Assembly (NCBI GenBank): GCA_014193115.1
Contig: BJHQ01000002.1
Location: 3,975-67,974 of the forward strand
Length of the DNA: 64,000 nucleotides
Direction of reading: 5' to 3'
Source of the DNA: Planctomycetota bacterium
Lineage (GTDB): Bacteria > Planctomycetota > UBA11346
This document shows positions 53,466-61,054 of this stretch, in pieces. How positions within the stretch are numbered: the stretch's first letter is position 1; the number at the start of each line of letters is the position of its first letter. The notes below the pieces were generated by a model. It saw only the letters and a program-made list of their open reading frames with translations, ran no database searches and was not told where the DNA came from. The position numbers and the translations under genes were made by a program.

Positions 53466-53569
53466 GCGCTGCGACGTCCTGAGCGCTGCGGCGCCTGAGA
53501 TCTGCGCCGCGAGTCGAAACGCGACCCGCAGGGCCTTGCGCCTTGCTTGGAAAACGCCAATCACCCGCC

Positions 53570-54856
53570 ATGCCCCAGTTCGCTGCCGCTTTGGGTTTCC
53601 TCGCATGCCTGGGTCTCGCCTGGGCCCTGTCCGAGGACCGTCGGAAGATTCCTTGGTCGGCCATCGGCTGGGGTACTGCGCTGCCGCTGCTGGTCGGCGT
53701 GCTTGTCTTCCTGCTGCCGGGGAGCGGGCCGGCGATGGTGGCAGTCAATCAGTTCGTGGTCGGCGGGCTCGACGCCGCCCTGGCCGGAGCGCGGCTGGTG
53801 TTTGGGCCGTTGGCAGCCGGTCCGGGCCAGCCTGGTTCGATCGGCGTCATCCTGCTTTGCCAGGTATTTCCCATCGCCATCGTGGTCTCGGCGCTCAGCG
53901 CCGTGCTGTACCAGATCGGTCTTCTGCAGATCGTCGTGCGCTGGTTTGCCGTGGTTTTCCACCGGCTGCTCGGGATCAGCGGCGCCGAAGCCCTCACGGC
54001 CTCGGCCAATCTGTTCGTCGGCGTTGAGTCCGCCCTGGTCGTGCGGCCGTACCTGGAGCGCATGACGCGCAGCGAGCTGCTGGTGCTGCTCGCTGCGGGC
54101 ATGGCGACCTCGGCATCGACGGTGCTCGGGCTGTATGTGCTGACCGTCAATCAGATTTTCCCTGGCGCCGCCGGCCACCTGGCGGCGGCAACTCTGATGG
54201 CGGTGCCCGCGGCCATCGCCATCGCCAAACTGCTGGTCCCGGAGCGTGAATCCCCGGTCACCGCCGGCTGGGTGCCGGGCGATGCCGAGCCGAAAAATCC
54301 TGGTGGAATCCTGGGTGCGGTGATCAGCGGGGCGATGGATGGCCTGCACCTGGTCCTCGGTCTGGCCGCATGCCTGATCGCCATCATCGGCCTCCTGGCG
54401 ATGGCCGACTGGCTGCTCGCCTTGACCGCTGGCTGGGTGATGACCGGTCCACCTCCGACCATCGCAGGGCTGCTCGGCTGGCTGTTCTGGCCGGTTGCGT
54501 GGCTGGCCGGAGTCGCTCCGGCCGATGTGGCGGTGATGGGCCAACTGCTCGGCAAGCGCCTGATCGCTGGAGAGTACCTGGCCTATCTTGATCTGGTCGC
54601 AGCGGCCAAATCCGGAGCCATCCACGATCCACGTACCGTGGTGGTGGCGAGCTATGTGCTCTGCGGTTTCGCCCACCTTGCATCGGTGGCGATCTTCGTC
54701 GGCGGTACTGCCGCCCTGGTGCCGTCGCGTCGCGCCGATCTCGCCCGGCTTGGACCGAAGGCGCTGCTCGCGGCGACCTTGGCCACCTTGATGACCGGCT
54801 GCATCGCGGCGATGTTCTGCTCGGGGAACGAGATCGTCCTCGCGGCTCAGCGATAA
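53570..54856 (+). CDS. NupC/CNT-family concentrative nucleoside transporter
   Basis: GISGAEALTASANLFVGVESALVVRPYL and SYVLCGFAHLASVAIFVGG are characteristic. Confidence 0.85.
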   Translation: MPQFAAALGFLACLGLAWALSEDRRKIPWSAIGWGTALPLLVGVLVFLLPGSGPAMVAVNQFVVGGLDAALAGARLVFGPLAAGPGQPGSIGVILLCQVFPIAIVVSALSAVLYQIGLLQIVVRWFAVVFHRLLGISGAEALTASANLFVGVESALVVRPYLERMTRSELLVLLAAGMATSASTVLGLYVLTVNQIFPGAAGHLAAATLMAVPAAIAIAKLLVPERESPVTAGWVPGDAEPKNPGGILGAVISGAMDGLHLVLGLAACLIAIIGLLAMADWLLALTAGWVMTGPPPTIAGLLGWLFWPVAWLAGVAPADVAVMGQLLGKRLIAGEYLAYLDLVAAAKSGAIHDPRTVVVASYVLCGFAHLASVAIFVGGTAALVPSRRADLARLGPKALLAATLATLMTGCIAAMFCSGNEIVLAAQR

Positions 54857-54883
54857 CCTCGCCGGCCTGAACGTCAGTCCGCA

Positions 54884-54925
54884 CTGACGGACGGAAAGCG
54901 GCGCAGAAAGCCGCCGGTCCGTCAG
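54884..54925 (+). terminator. Long imperfect hairpin after the nupC-like gene
   Basis: CTGACGGAC-GGAAA-GCGGC-GCAGAAA-GCCGC-CG-GTCCGTCAG lies 28 nt after the stop. There is no U-tract. Confidence 0.35.
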
Positions 54926-55023
54926 AATCTGGCGTCCGATCACGCAGGAACAGCGCATTTCTGGCGCTGTTTACATGTGAAGCAGATCGAAAGTGCACCG
55001 GGCTGATACAGTGCCTAACCATC

Positions 55024-55506
55024 ATGGTTGGACCGGCCCCGTCCCTGCTGCCCCGCCTGCCCGGTTCCTACCGGGCGGTCATCGCGACCTGCGCCGGGCG
55101 CATGTTGGCGGTCGACCAGGCCCAGGTCTCGGCCATCGGGACCATCGCTTGTTCGCCGCCGGTGCCTGGCGGCGCCCCCTGGTTGGACGGGATCGGCGAG
55201 CACGACGGGAAGGCGGTCCTGGTCGTGGCACTCTTCGGTTGTGCGCTGGAACCCCGGCCGGAGCGCCAGTCCATGGTCATGGTGCTCGACTTGGGGCGGG
55301 AATCCCCGCTCAGCGCCGATCGCCCGCGAATCAGCCTGCGCATTGATGGCGCCGCTGGCCTTGCGGAGTGCTCGCCGCGCTCGACCGGCGAACGTCTGTC
55401 GTCGGCCTGCCCAGCGGCGTGGCTTCGGCCCTGCCGCCTGGCTGATGGCAGTGACGCAGTCTGGGTCGACGGTCTCGCCATGCGCAAAAGCTGGGAAGAA
55501 TCGTGA
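55024..55506 (+). CDS. CheW-like domain protein
   Basis: AVIATCAGRMLAVDQAQVSAIGTIACSPPVPGGAPWLDGIGEHDGKAVLVVAL follows the CheW pattern (hydrophobic strand, V.ei, vP.aP..v.G..n.rG..l.vv.L). Confidence 0.65.
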   Translation: MVGPAPSLLPRLPGSYRAVIATCAGRMLAVDQAQVSAIGTIACSPPVPGGAPWLDGIGEHDGKAVLVVALFGCALEPRPERQSMVMVLDLGRESPLSADRPRISLRIDGAAGLAECSPRSTGERLSSACPAAWLRPCRLADGSDAVWVDGLAMRKSWEES

Positions 55507-56375
55507 ACGGCGCGCTCATTCTCGACCGGCTCCTGGATGGCGAGTCCCAGGCCAAAGTCAGGCAGGCCGCCGAACGAGCCGGCCTGCGACAGGCTGCTCC
55601 GGGCGAGCGCCCGCAGGTCGTTGTCGCCGGCTTGGCACCAGGCGAACGGAACCTGCCGAGCGCGGTAGCCGCCGCTGCCGAGCCGGGCCTGCCAGTGATC
55701 CTGCTCAGCCAGGATGCGTTGGTGCAGCCGGTGGTCCTGCTGGCCGGCGGACGGTTGCTCCTGGTTCCGGCCCACGTCGACGTCGAAGCCCTGGCTGAGC
55801 ACCTGCGCCTGGTGACCCGACCGGGCCAGCCGCCGCCACGGGCCCAGGTGCATCTGCGGTCGAGACGTTGGGCCGCGACCCGCATCGGCGAATCCAGCCT
55901 GGTCGGGACCGAGGGGAGCCTGAGCGGAGTCATCGCCGCCGCGAGCCTGGCAGCCGTGGCGCGGGACGTCGCCCACATCGCCGGCGTGGGCGATCCGGCG
56001 ACGGCGGCAAAGCTTCTGCCTGGAGTGCTCGCGAAAGGCGGCGCCTGGGCTGCGGCAGCGGTGCTCGATCCGGGACATGGGCAGTGGACCCTGGCCTGGA
56101 TTGGCGCGACCTCGCTGCTGGTCGCTGCTCCGCTGCGCCTGCCGGCGGTCTGGCGTCCGGTGGCACCGGCTGCTGGTGCCACGGGCCGGGTGCTGGAGGC
56201 CCAGCGCGGAGATGTCGTGCTGCTCAGCGGGCCGTTGCCGGGCGATCCCGCCTTCGCCGACGCCGCTCTCGGCGCGGCAGCGCATCAGGGGTGCAGCGTG
56301 CTGATCGGGCATCTCGTGGAACATGGGGACCGCCTGGGGATCCCCATCGATGCCCTGGTTGTGGAGGTCCTGTAA
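55503..56375 (+). CDS. Hypothetical protein; possible pseudo-receiver + degenerate SpoIIE/PP2C-like domain
   Basis: A GTGA overlap links it to the previous stop, and its TAA abuts the next ATG. GC3 is high. The N-terminal half has a REC-like strand pattern without the phospho-Asp context. The C-terminal half ends ...LEAQRGDVVLLSGPLPGDP, which resembles the PP2C/SpoIIE 'GD.lll.TDG' segment. Confidence 0.5.
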   Translation: MNGALILDRLLDGESQAKVRQAAERAGLRQAAPGERPQVVVAGLAPGERNLPSAVAAAAEPGLPVILLSQDALVQPVVLLAGGRLLLVPAHVDVEALAEHLRLVTRPGQPPPRAQVHLRSRRWAATRIGESSLVGTEGSLSGVIAAASLAAVARDVAHIAGVGDPATAAKLLPGVLAKGGAWAAAAVLDPGHGQWTLAWIGATSLLVAAPLRLPAVWRPVAPAAGATGRVLEAQRGDVVLLSGPLPGDPAFADAALGAAAHQGCSVLIGHLVEHGDRLGIPIDALVVEVL

Positions 56376-58088
56376 ATGCCGGACTCAATCCTGGTCATCG
56401 ATGACAGCCTGACCATCAGGAAACTGCTTGAGCTGTCGCTGACCGGCGCCGGCCACGCGGTCCAGGTAGCGGCCACCGCTGCCGAAGGGTTGGCGTTGGC
56501 CCGCCGCCTGCGGCCCAGGCTCATCCTGCTCGACCACATCCTGCCCGACCGGAAGGGCACCGAGGTCTGCGCTGAACTCGCGGCCGATCCCGCCACCGGG
56601 ACCATCCCGGTCATCATCATGTCGGCGAAGGGCGATGACATCCGCCCGTTATTCCGTGACCGTCCAAGCGTGGTGGCCTGCATCGGCAAGCCGTTCGCTC
56701 CGGCCGCCATCTCCCACCTGGTGGCGGAGACTTTGCGTCCAACACCGGCTGCGGCCGAGCCGCGCAGTGAACCCGGCACGGCCTCCTTCCGGCCCCAGGA
56801 TCCGGCGACGGCGAATGCGGCCCAGGTGATCTTCACGGCGCTGCGTGATCGGTTGGCGCTGATCCCGACCTGGGCGGCGGAGGCCGCAGGTCAGCCGCCT
56901 GCTGCATTTTATGCCCGACGCCTGTTGACCCCGGAGGCCGTGTCGCGGCTGCTCGAAGGCGTCGCTCCGCTGCTCGCTGGTGCACGGCAACCGGCGGAAT
57001 CGGTGCAGACATCGGCACTGACTTCGGCACTGACTTCGGCATCAAGCGCTGATGAGGTTTTGCTGTCAGGCAGCACGGCGGTGCTCGACCTGCCGGCATT
57101 GCTCCGCCTGCTGCACGGTCTGGGTCGAAGCGGAGTGCTCGAACTGGGCGCATCCGACCGGCTGGTCGAACTCTTCTGCGAACGTGGCGAGGTGATCCTG
57201 GCGCTGCCATCCGGTGCGGCCGCAGAACAGGCTGCCGCAGCGGCTGGCCTGGTGCTGCCGGCCGCTGCCGATGATGGCGTTCCGCTGCTGGTGGCTGCGG
57301 TTTCCGGCCTGCCCGAAGGCAGCGAACAGTTGCAGCGCATCGGTATCGCCGCCCTGCTCGGCATGGTCGCTGCCGGCCCCCAGCCGTTCCGGTGGCGCCC
57401 GCGCTCGGCACTGCCGGCGGCGATGCTCAAGGTCGGACGCGCGATCACCGCGGAGCAGATGGCGCTGGAGCGGCTGCGGCTGGTCGACGACTGGACCCAG
57501 GTCGAGGCCGAGGTCGCTTCCCTCGATCAGATCTGCTCGCGTTCGCCCGATCTGGCGGCCCAGCTGCGATCGTTGACCCTCAACCCGATCGAGCACCGGA
57601 TCCTGACCGATGTCGATGGCCGGCGCAGCGTGCGGGCCATCGTGGAACGCAGCCGTTTATCGACCTTCGAGGTATTCCACGTCCTGTACCGCCTGATCCA
57701 GTCCAAGCTGGTCCTGCCGCGCTCGCCAGCAGCCACGGCAAGGTCGGTGCGGTCGCCAGTGCTCTGCGCCGGACCGGCCAGTCCCTTGATCGAACCGCTG
57801 ACCCGGATGTTCATCGGCCAAGGTCTGCAACCACCCGCGGTGGTCCGCGATGCGACCGGTGTCGCCGCCCTCGGCGGGGAATGCCTCTGCGTGGTGGTGG
57901 ATGCGGACACCTGCGATGGACCAGCTGTGATCCGCTTCCTGCGCAGTTCCGTGGCGACCTCGGCGGTCCCGGTGGTGGCGGTGGTCGACCGGTTCGGCGA
58001 TCCGGCTGCGCTCACTGCATCCGGTTGCGATGCCGTTTTGTTCGCTCCGGTGCATGTCTCCGCCCTTCCTCCCTTGCTCGGCTGCTGA
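56376..58088 (+). CDS. Response regulator: REC + DUF4388-like + wHTH-like motif + C-terminal REC-like domain
   Basis: The REC domain carries ILVIDDS...LILLDHILPDRKG...IGKPF. The DUF4388-like part is LSGSTAVLDLPALLRLLHGLGRSGVLEL. It also carries LTDVDGRRSVRAIVERS, and the C-terminus (CVVVDADTCDG..VPVVAVVD) is REC-like. Confidence 0.75.
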   Translation: MPDSILVIDDSLTIRKLLELSLTGAGHAVQVAATAAEGLALARRLRPRLILLDHILPDRKGTEVCAELAADPATGTIPVIIMSAKGDDIRPLFRDRPSVVACIGKPFAPAAISHLVAETLRPTPAAAEPRSEPGTASFRPQDPATANAAQVIFTALRDRLALIPTWAAEAAGQPPAAFYARRLLTPEAVSRLLEGVAPLLAGARQPAESVQTSALTSALTSASSADEVLLSGSTAVLDLPALLRLLHGLGRSGVLELGASDRLVELFCERGEVILALPSGAAAEQAAAAAGLVLPAAADDGVPLLVAAVSGLPEGSEQLQRIGIAALLGMVAAGPQPFRWRPRSALPAAMLKVGRAITAEQMALERLRLVDDWTQVEAEVASLDQICSRSPDLAAQLRSLTLNPIEHRILTDVDGRRSVRAIVERSRLSTFEVFHVLYRLIQSKLVLPRSPAATARSVRSPVLCAGPASPLIEPLTRMFIGQGLQPPAVVRDATGVAALGGECLCVVVDADTCDGPAVIRFLRSSVATSAVPVVAVVDRFGDPAALTASGCDAVLFAPVHVSALPPLLGC

Positions 58089-58095
58089 GGTCCCC

Positions 58096-58458
58096 ATGGC
58101 CACCATCCTGATCGTCGATGACCAGAAGACCGATCGTGAGATCCTGGGCAGGATCGTCACCAGCCTGGGGCACGAGGTGCTGTTCGCCCACGATGGCGAG
58201 AGCGCGGTGATCAAGGCACATGCCCATCATCCGGCGATGATCCTGATGGACGTGGTGATGCCGATGATGGATGGGTTCAACGCCTGCCGCAGGCTGAAGA
58301 AGGATCCGGCGACCACGGCGATCAAGATCGTATTGGTCACCCAGAAAGGCACGGAAAGCGACAAGTTCTGGGGCAGGAAGCAGGGCGCCGACCAGCACGT
58401 CGTGAAACCGTATTCAGCGGAACAGATCCAGCAGGTGATCAAGGAGCAGCTCGGATGA
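58096..58458 (+). CDS. Single-domain CheY-like response regulator (PilH/PixH position)
   Basis: MATILIVDDQ, MILMDVVMPMMDG, VLVTQKG and VVKPY provide the complete acidic pocket, Thr and Lys. Confidence 0.9.
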   Translation: MATILIVDDQKTDREILGRIVTSLGHEVLFAHDGESAVIKAHAHHPAMILMDVVMPMMDGFNACRRLKKDPATTAIKIVLVTQKGTESDKFWGRKQGADQHVVKPYSAEQIQQVIKEQLG

Positions 58459-58925
58459 ACCGTGGCCTGACCAGGTGCGTGGTGCGTCACGGCGATTCCT
58501 GCCTGGCGGTCGATGCCGTCCTGGTCGGCGAGATCGTACCGCTCGCCGCCATCACCCGTCTGGCCCGGTGTCCGGCGGCAGTGCTCGGCCTGACCGACCT
58601 GCGCGGCCAACCGTTGCCGGTGGTCGATCTCGGCCAATTGCTGGAATTTTCCAGTCCGGCCGCTACCGGCTCGCCTGCCCGTCAGCTGCTGGTGCTGCGC
58701 ACCGAGGTCCGGCTGGCTGGCCTGCCCATCGACCGCTGCGAGGGCGTGTTGGCGGCGGATCCCGCGGACTACCGCCAATCGAGCCGCCATGGCGAGCCGT
58801 CCTGGGTCGCCGGATTCCAGGCTTTTCCCAGCCGTGGCCTACTCGCCACGGTCATCGATAGCGCGGACCTGCTTGCCCGCCTGGGCCGGCTGCGCTTTCA
58901 ACCGGCAGCATCCAACGCCGCCTGA
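58455..58925 (+). CDS. CheW-like coupling protein (PilI/PixI position)
   Basis: An ATGA overlap links it to cheY. It carries [48 protein letters not shown]. Confidence 0.8.
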   Translation: MNRGLTRCVVRHGDSCLAVDAVLVGEIVPLAAITRLARCPAAVLGLTDLRGQPLPVVDLGQLLEFSSPAATGSPARQLLVLRTEVRLAGLPIDRCEGVLAADPADYRQSSRHGEPSWVAGFQAFPSRGLLATVIDSADLLARLGRLRFQPAASNAA

Positions 58926-58951
58926 CCACCATTCGCCCAAAGGTCCCCCGC

Positions 58952-61036
58952 ATGTCCACCGCCCTCACCGTGACCGAGCGCTTGTCGCGCATCTTCTTCG
59001 CGCCGGTCTACTTCTTCATCGACCGCGTCCGCTTTGCCAAATCGCTGCTGCTGCTGCTGCTGCTGCTACCAGACGGCTATGTCGCTTGGCTGCTGGTCGC
59101 TCAAACCACCAAAGACGTGAATTTCAGCCGGAAAGAGAGCGTCGGTGTCGCGTATATCAGCCCGGCCCGAGACCTGCTCGCGAAGCTCCAGGCCCTGCGG
59201 GTGTCGCGCATCGGCGGCGCTCCCGGCAGCCCGACGTCCGACATCGACGCAGCGATCGCGGTGGTCGACCAGGCGGAGCAGCTCCATGGCGGTGAGCTCG
59301 GCACCGCTGCGGTGTGGGCATCGATCAAGGCCGATTGGGCGAAGATCAAGACGACCGGCGACGACGCCACACTGGCCGCTCTCACCGGACGCATCGCCGG
59401 GGAATTGATCGTCAACACGGTGGGAAACAATTCGAACCTGATCCTCGATCCTGATCTGGACTCGTACTGGATGATGGATGCCTATGTCTTCAAGCTGCCG
59501 ACCTTGGGCGAACTGGTGGCCGGCACGGCCGCGAACGCGTCCACTGTCGCCGATGGCGCCGCCATCACCAATGCCCAGCGCGCCGATCTGGCCGCGCTCA
59601 CCGGCCTGATCCGCACGACCACCTCCGATCTGATCAATGTCGACCTGAAGACCGCCATCGCTGACAACGAGAGCGACGGCGAAGGCCGGACCGGGAACCG
59701 GCGCCTGCGTGCGGCCCTTGAATCGCACTTCCAAACCACCGCCAAATCCCTGGAGGGTTTCGCTGACTTGATCCGGGATCAGGCCCTGGTCCCGGCCCAA
59801 CCGTCTTTGCAGCGCGAGACGCTGCGCAAAGCGGCGGCGACCTTGATCGGCGAGGTCCAATCCTTGCAGGTCGCGGTGGCACCGGAGCTCGACCGGCTGT
59901 GCGTTGAGCGCGCCGACCGTTATCGCCAGACGCGATTCGTCGGCATCATCGTCTTCATCGTCGCGGCGCTGCTCATCTCGTACGTCTTCAATGGCTTCAC
60001 CAGTTCGGTGCAGATCGCCCAGAAGCGGATCGAGGACGAGAACGCCCGCCTGCAGAAGGACATCCTCGGTCTGCTTGAAGTCGTGTCCGAGGCCGCCGAT
60101 GGCAACCTGACGGTGCGGGCAAAAGTCACCGAAGGCACCCTCGGCAACGTCGCTGATGCATTCAACCAGATGATGGAATCCTGGCAGCAGCTGATGGCCG
60201 CCATCACCCAACAGCTCGATCGGACCAATCAGGCGGTGGCTGAGCTGGGCAAGGCTTCGGCGGCGATGGCCAAGGGCGCCTCGAATCAGACGGCGGCGGT
60301 GGCTGCGGCGGCTGGTGCGGTCACCCGGATGAGCCAGGAGATCGGCCTGGTCTCGACCAATGCCGAAGAAGCCGCGTCGTCCGCCAAGCGCACCCAGGCC
60401 TCGGCGCTGCAAGGTTCGACCTCGGTGCAGGCGGTGGTCCAGGGCATGGAATCGCTGCGTTCGCTGGTCCAGGCCGGAGCGAAGAAGATCAAGACCCTGG
60501 GTGAACGGAGCATGGAGATCAACTCGATCGTCAGCACCATCGCCAGGATTTCCGAGCAGACCAACATGCTCGCGCTCAACGCCGCGATCGAGGCGGCCCG
60601 CGCCGGGGATCAGGGCCGCGGCTTCAGCGTGGTCGCCGATGAGGTGCGCAAGCTGGCGGAGCGCACCGCGGCGGCGACCCAGGAGATCGACAAACTGGTC
60701 AAGGCGATCCAGGCCGAGACCAATGAATCGGTGGCCGCCATCGAGCGCCAGACCCAGGTCGTCGAGGAGGAAGGCCGGGCGGTGGCCAACGCCGGCGCGG
60801 TGCTGACCCGGATCGAGGCGGCCTCGGGCGAGTCCACCAACCTGGCGAGCAGCATCGCCCTGGTGGCCAAAACCCAGGTGACCGACGCCAAGTCGGTGGT
60901 GAACACCATGCAGGGGGTCAGCGGGATCGCCCGCGAGACCGAGCAGGGGGCGGCGCAATCGCTGCAAATTGCCCAGAGCCTGGGCGATTTGTCGCAGCAG
61001 CTGCGCACCGCCATCGGTCGCTTCAAGGTCGGCTGA
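58952..61036 (+). CDS. Methyl-accepting chemotaxis protein (PilJ/PixJ position)
   Basis: It has two TM helices flanking a roughly 280-aa periplasmic domain, a HAMP region, and the signalling hairpin [38 protein letters not shown]. Confidence 0.9.
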   Translation: MSTALTVTERLSRIFFAPVYFFIDRVRFAKSLLLLLLLLPDGYVAWLLVAQTTKDVNFSRKESVGVAYISPARDLLAKLQALRVSRIGGAPGSPTSDIDAAIAVVDQAEQLHGGELGTAAVWASIKADWAKIKTTGDDATLAALTGRIAGELIVNTVGNNSNLILDPDLDSYWMMDAYVFKLPTLGELVAGTAANASTVADGAAITNAQRADLAALTGLIRTTTSDLINVDLKTAIADNESDGEGRTGNRRLRAALESHFQTTAKSLEGFADLIRDQALVPAQPSLQRETLRKAAATLIGEVQSLQVAVAPELDRLCVERADRYRQTRFVGIIVFIVAALLISYVFNGFTSSVQIAQKRIEDENARLQKDILGLLEVVSEAADGNLTVRAKVTEGTLGNVADAFNQMMESWQQLMAAITQQLDRTNQAVAELGKASAAMAKGASNQTAAVAAAAGAVTRMSQEIGLVSTNAEEAASSAKRTQASALQGSTSVQAVVQGMESLRSLVQAGAKKIKTLGERSMEINSIVSTIARISEQTNMLALNAAIEAARAGDQGRGFSVVADEVRKLAERTAAATQEIDKLVKAIQAETNESVAAIERQTQVVEEEGRAVANAGAVLTRIEAASGESTNLASSIALVAKTQVTDAKSVVNTMQGVSGIARETEQGAAQSLQIAQSLGDLSQQLRTAIGRFKVG

Positions 61037-61054
61037 GGCCGCTGCTCACCGACC

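Noticed and set aside
59045-59065. A (CTG)7 trinucleotide run lies inside the MCP gene.
   Set aside because: It is in frame and encodes the poly-Leu stretch of the first transmembrane helix ([10 protein letters not shown]). Slippage would only change helix length, and there is no evidence of phase variation.
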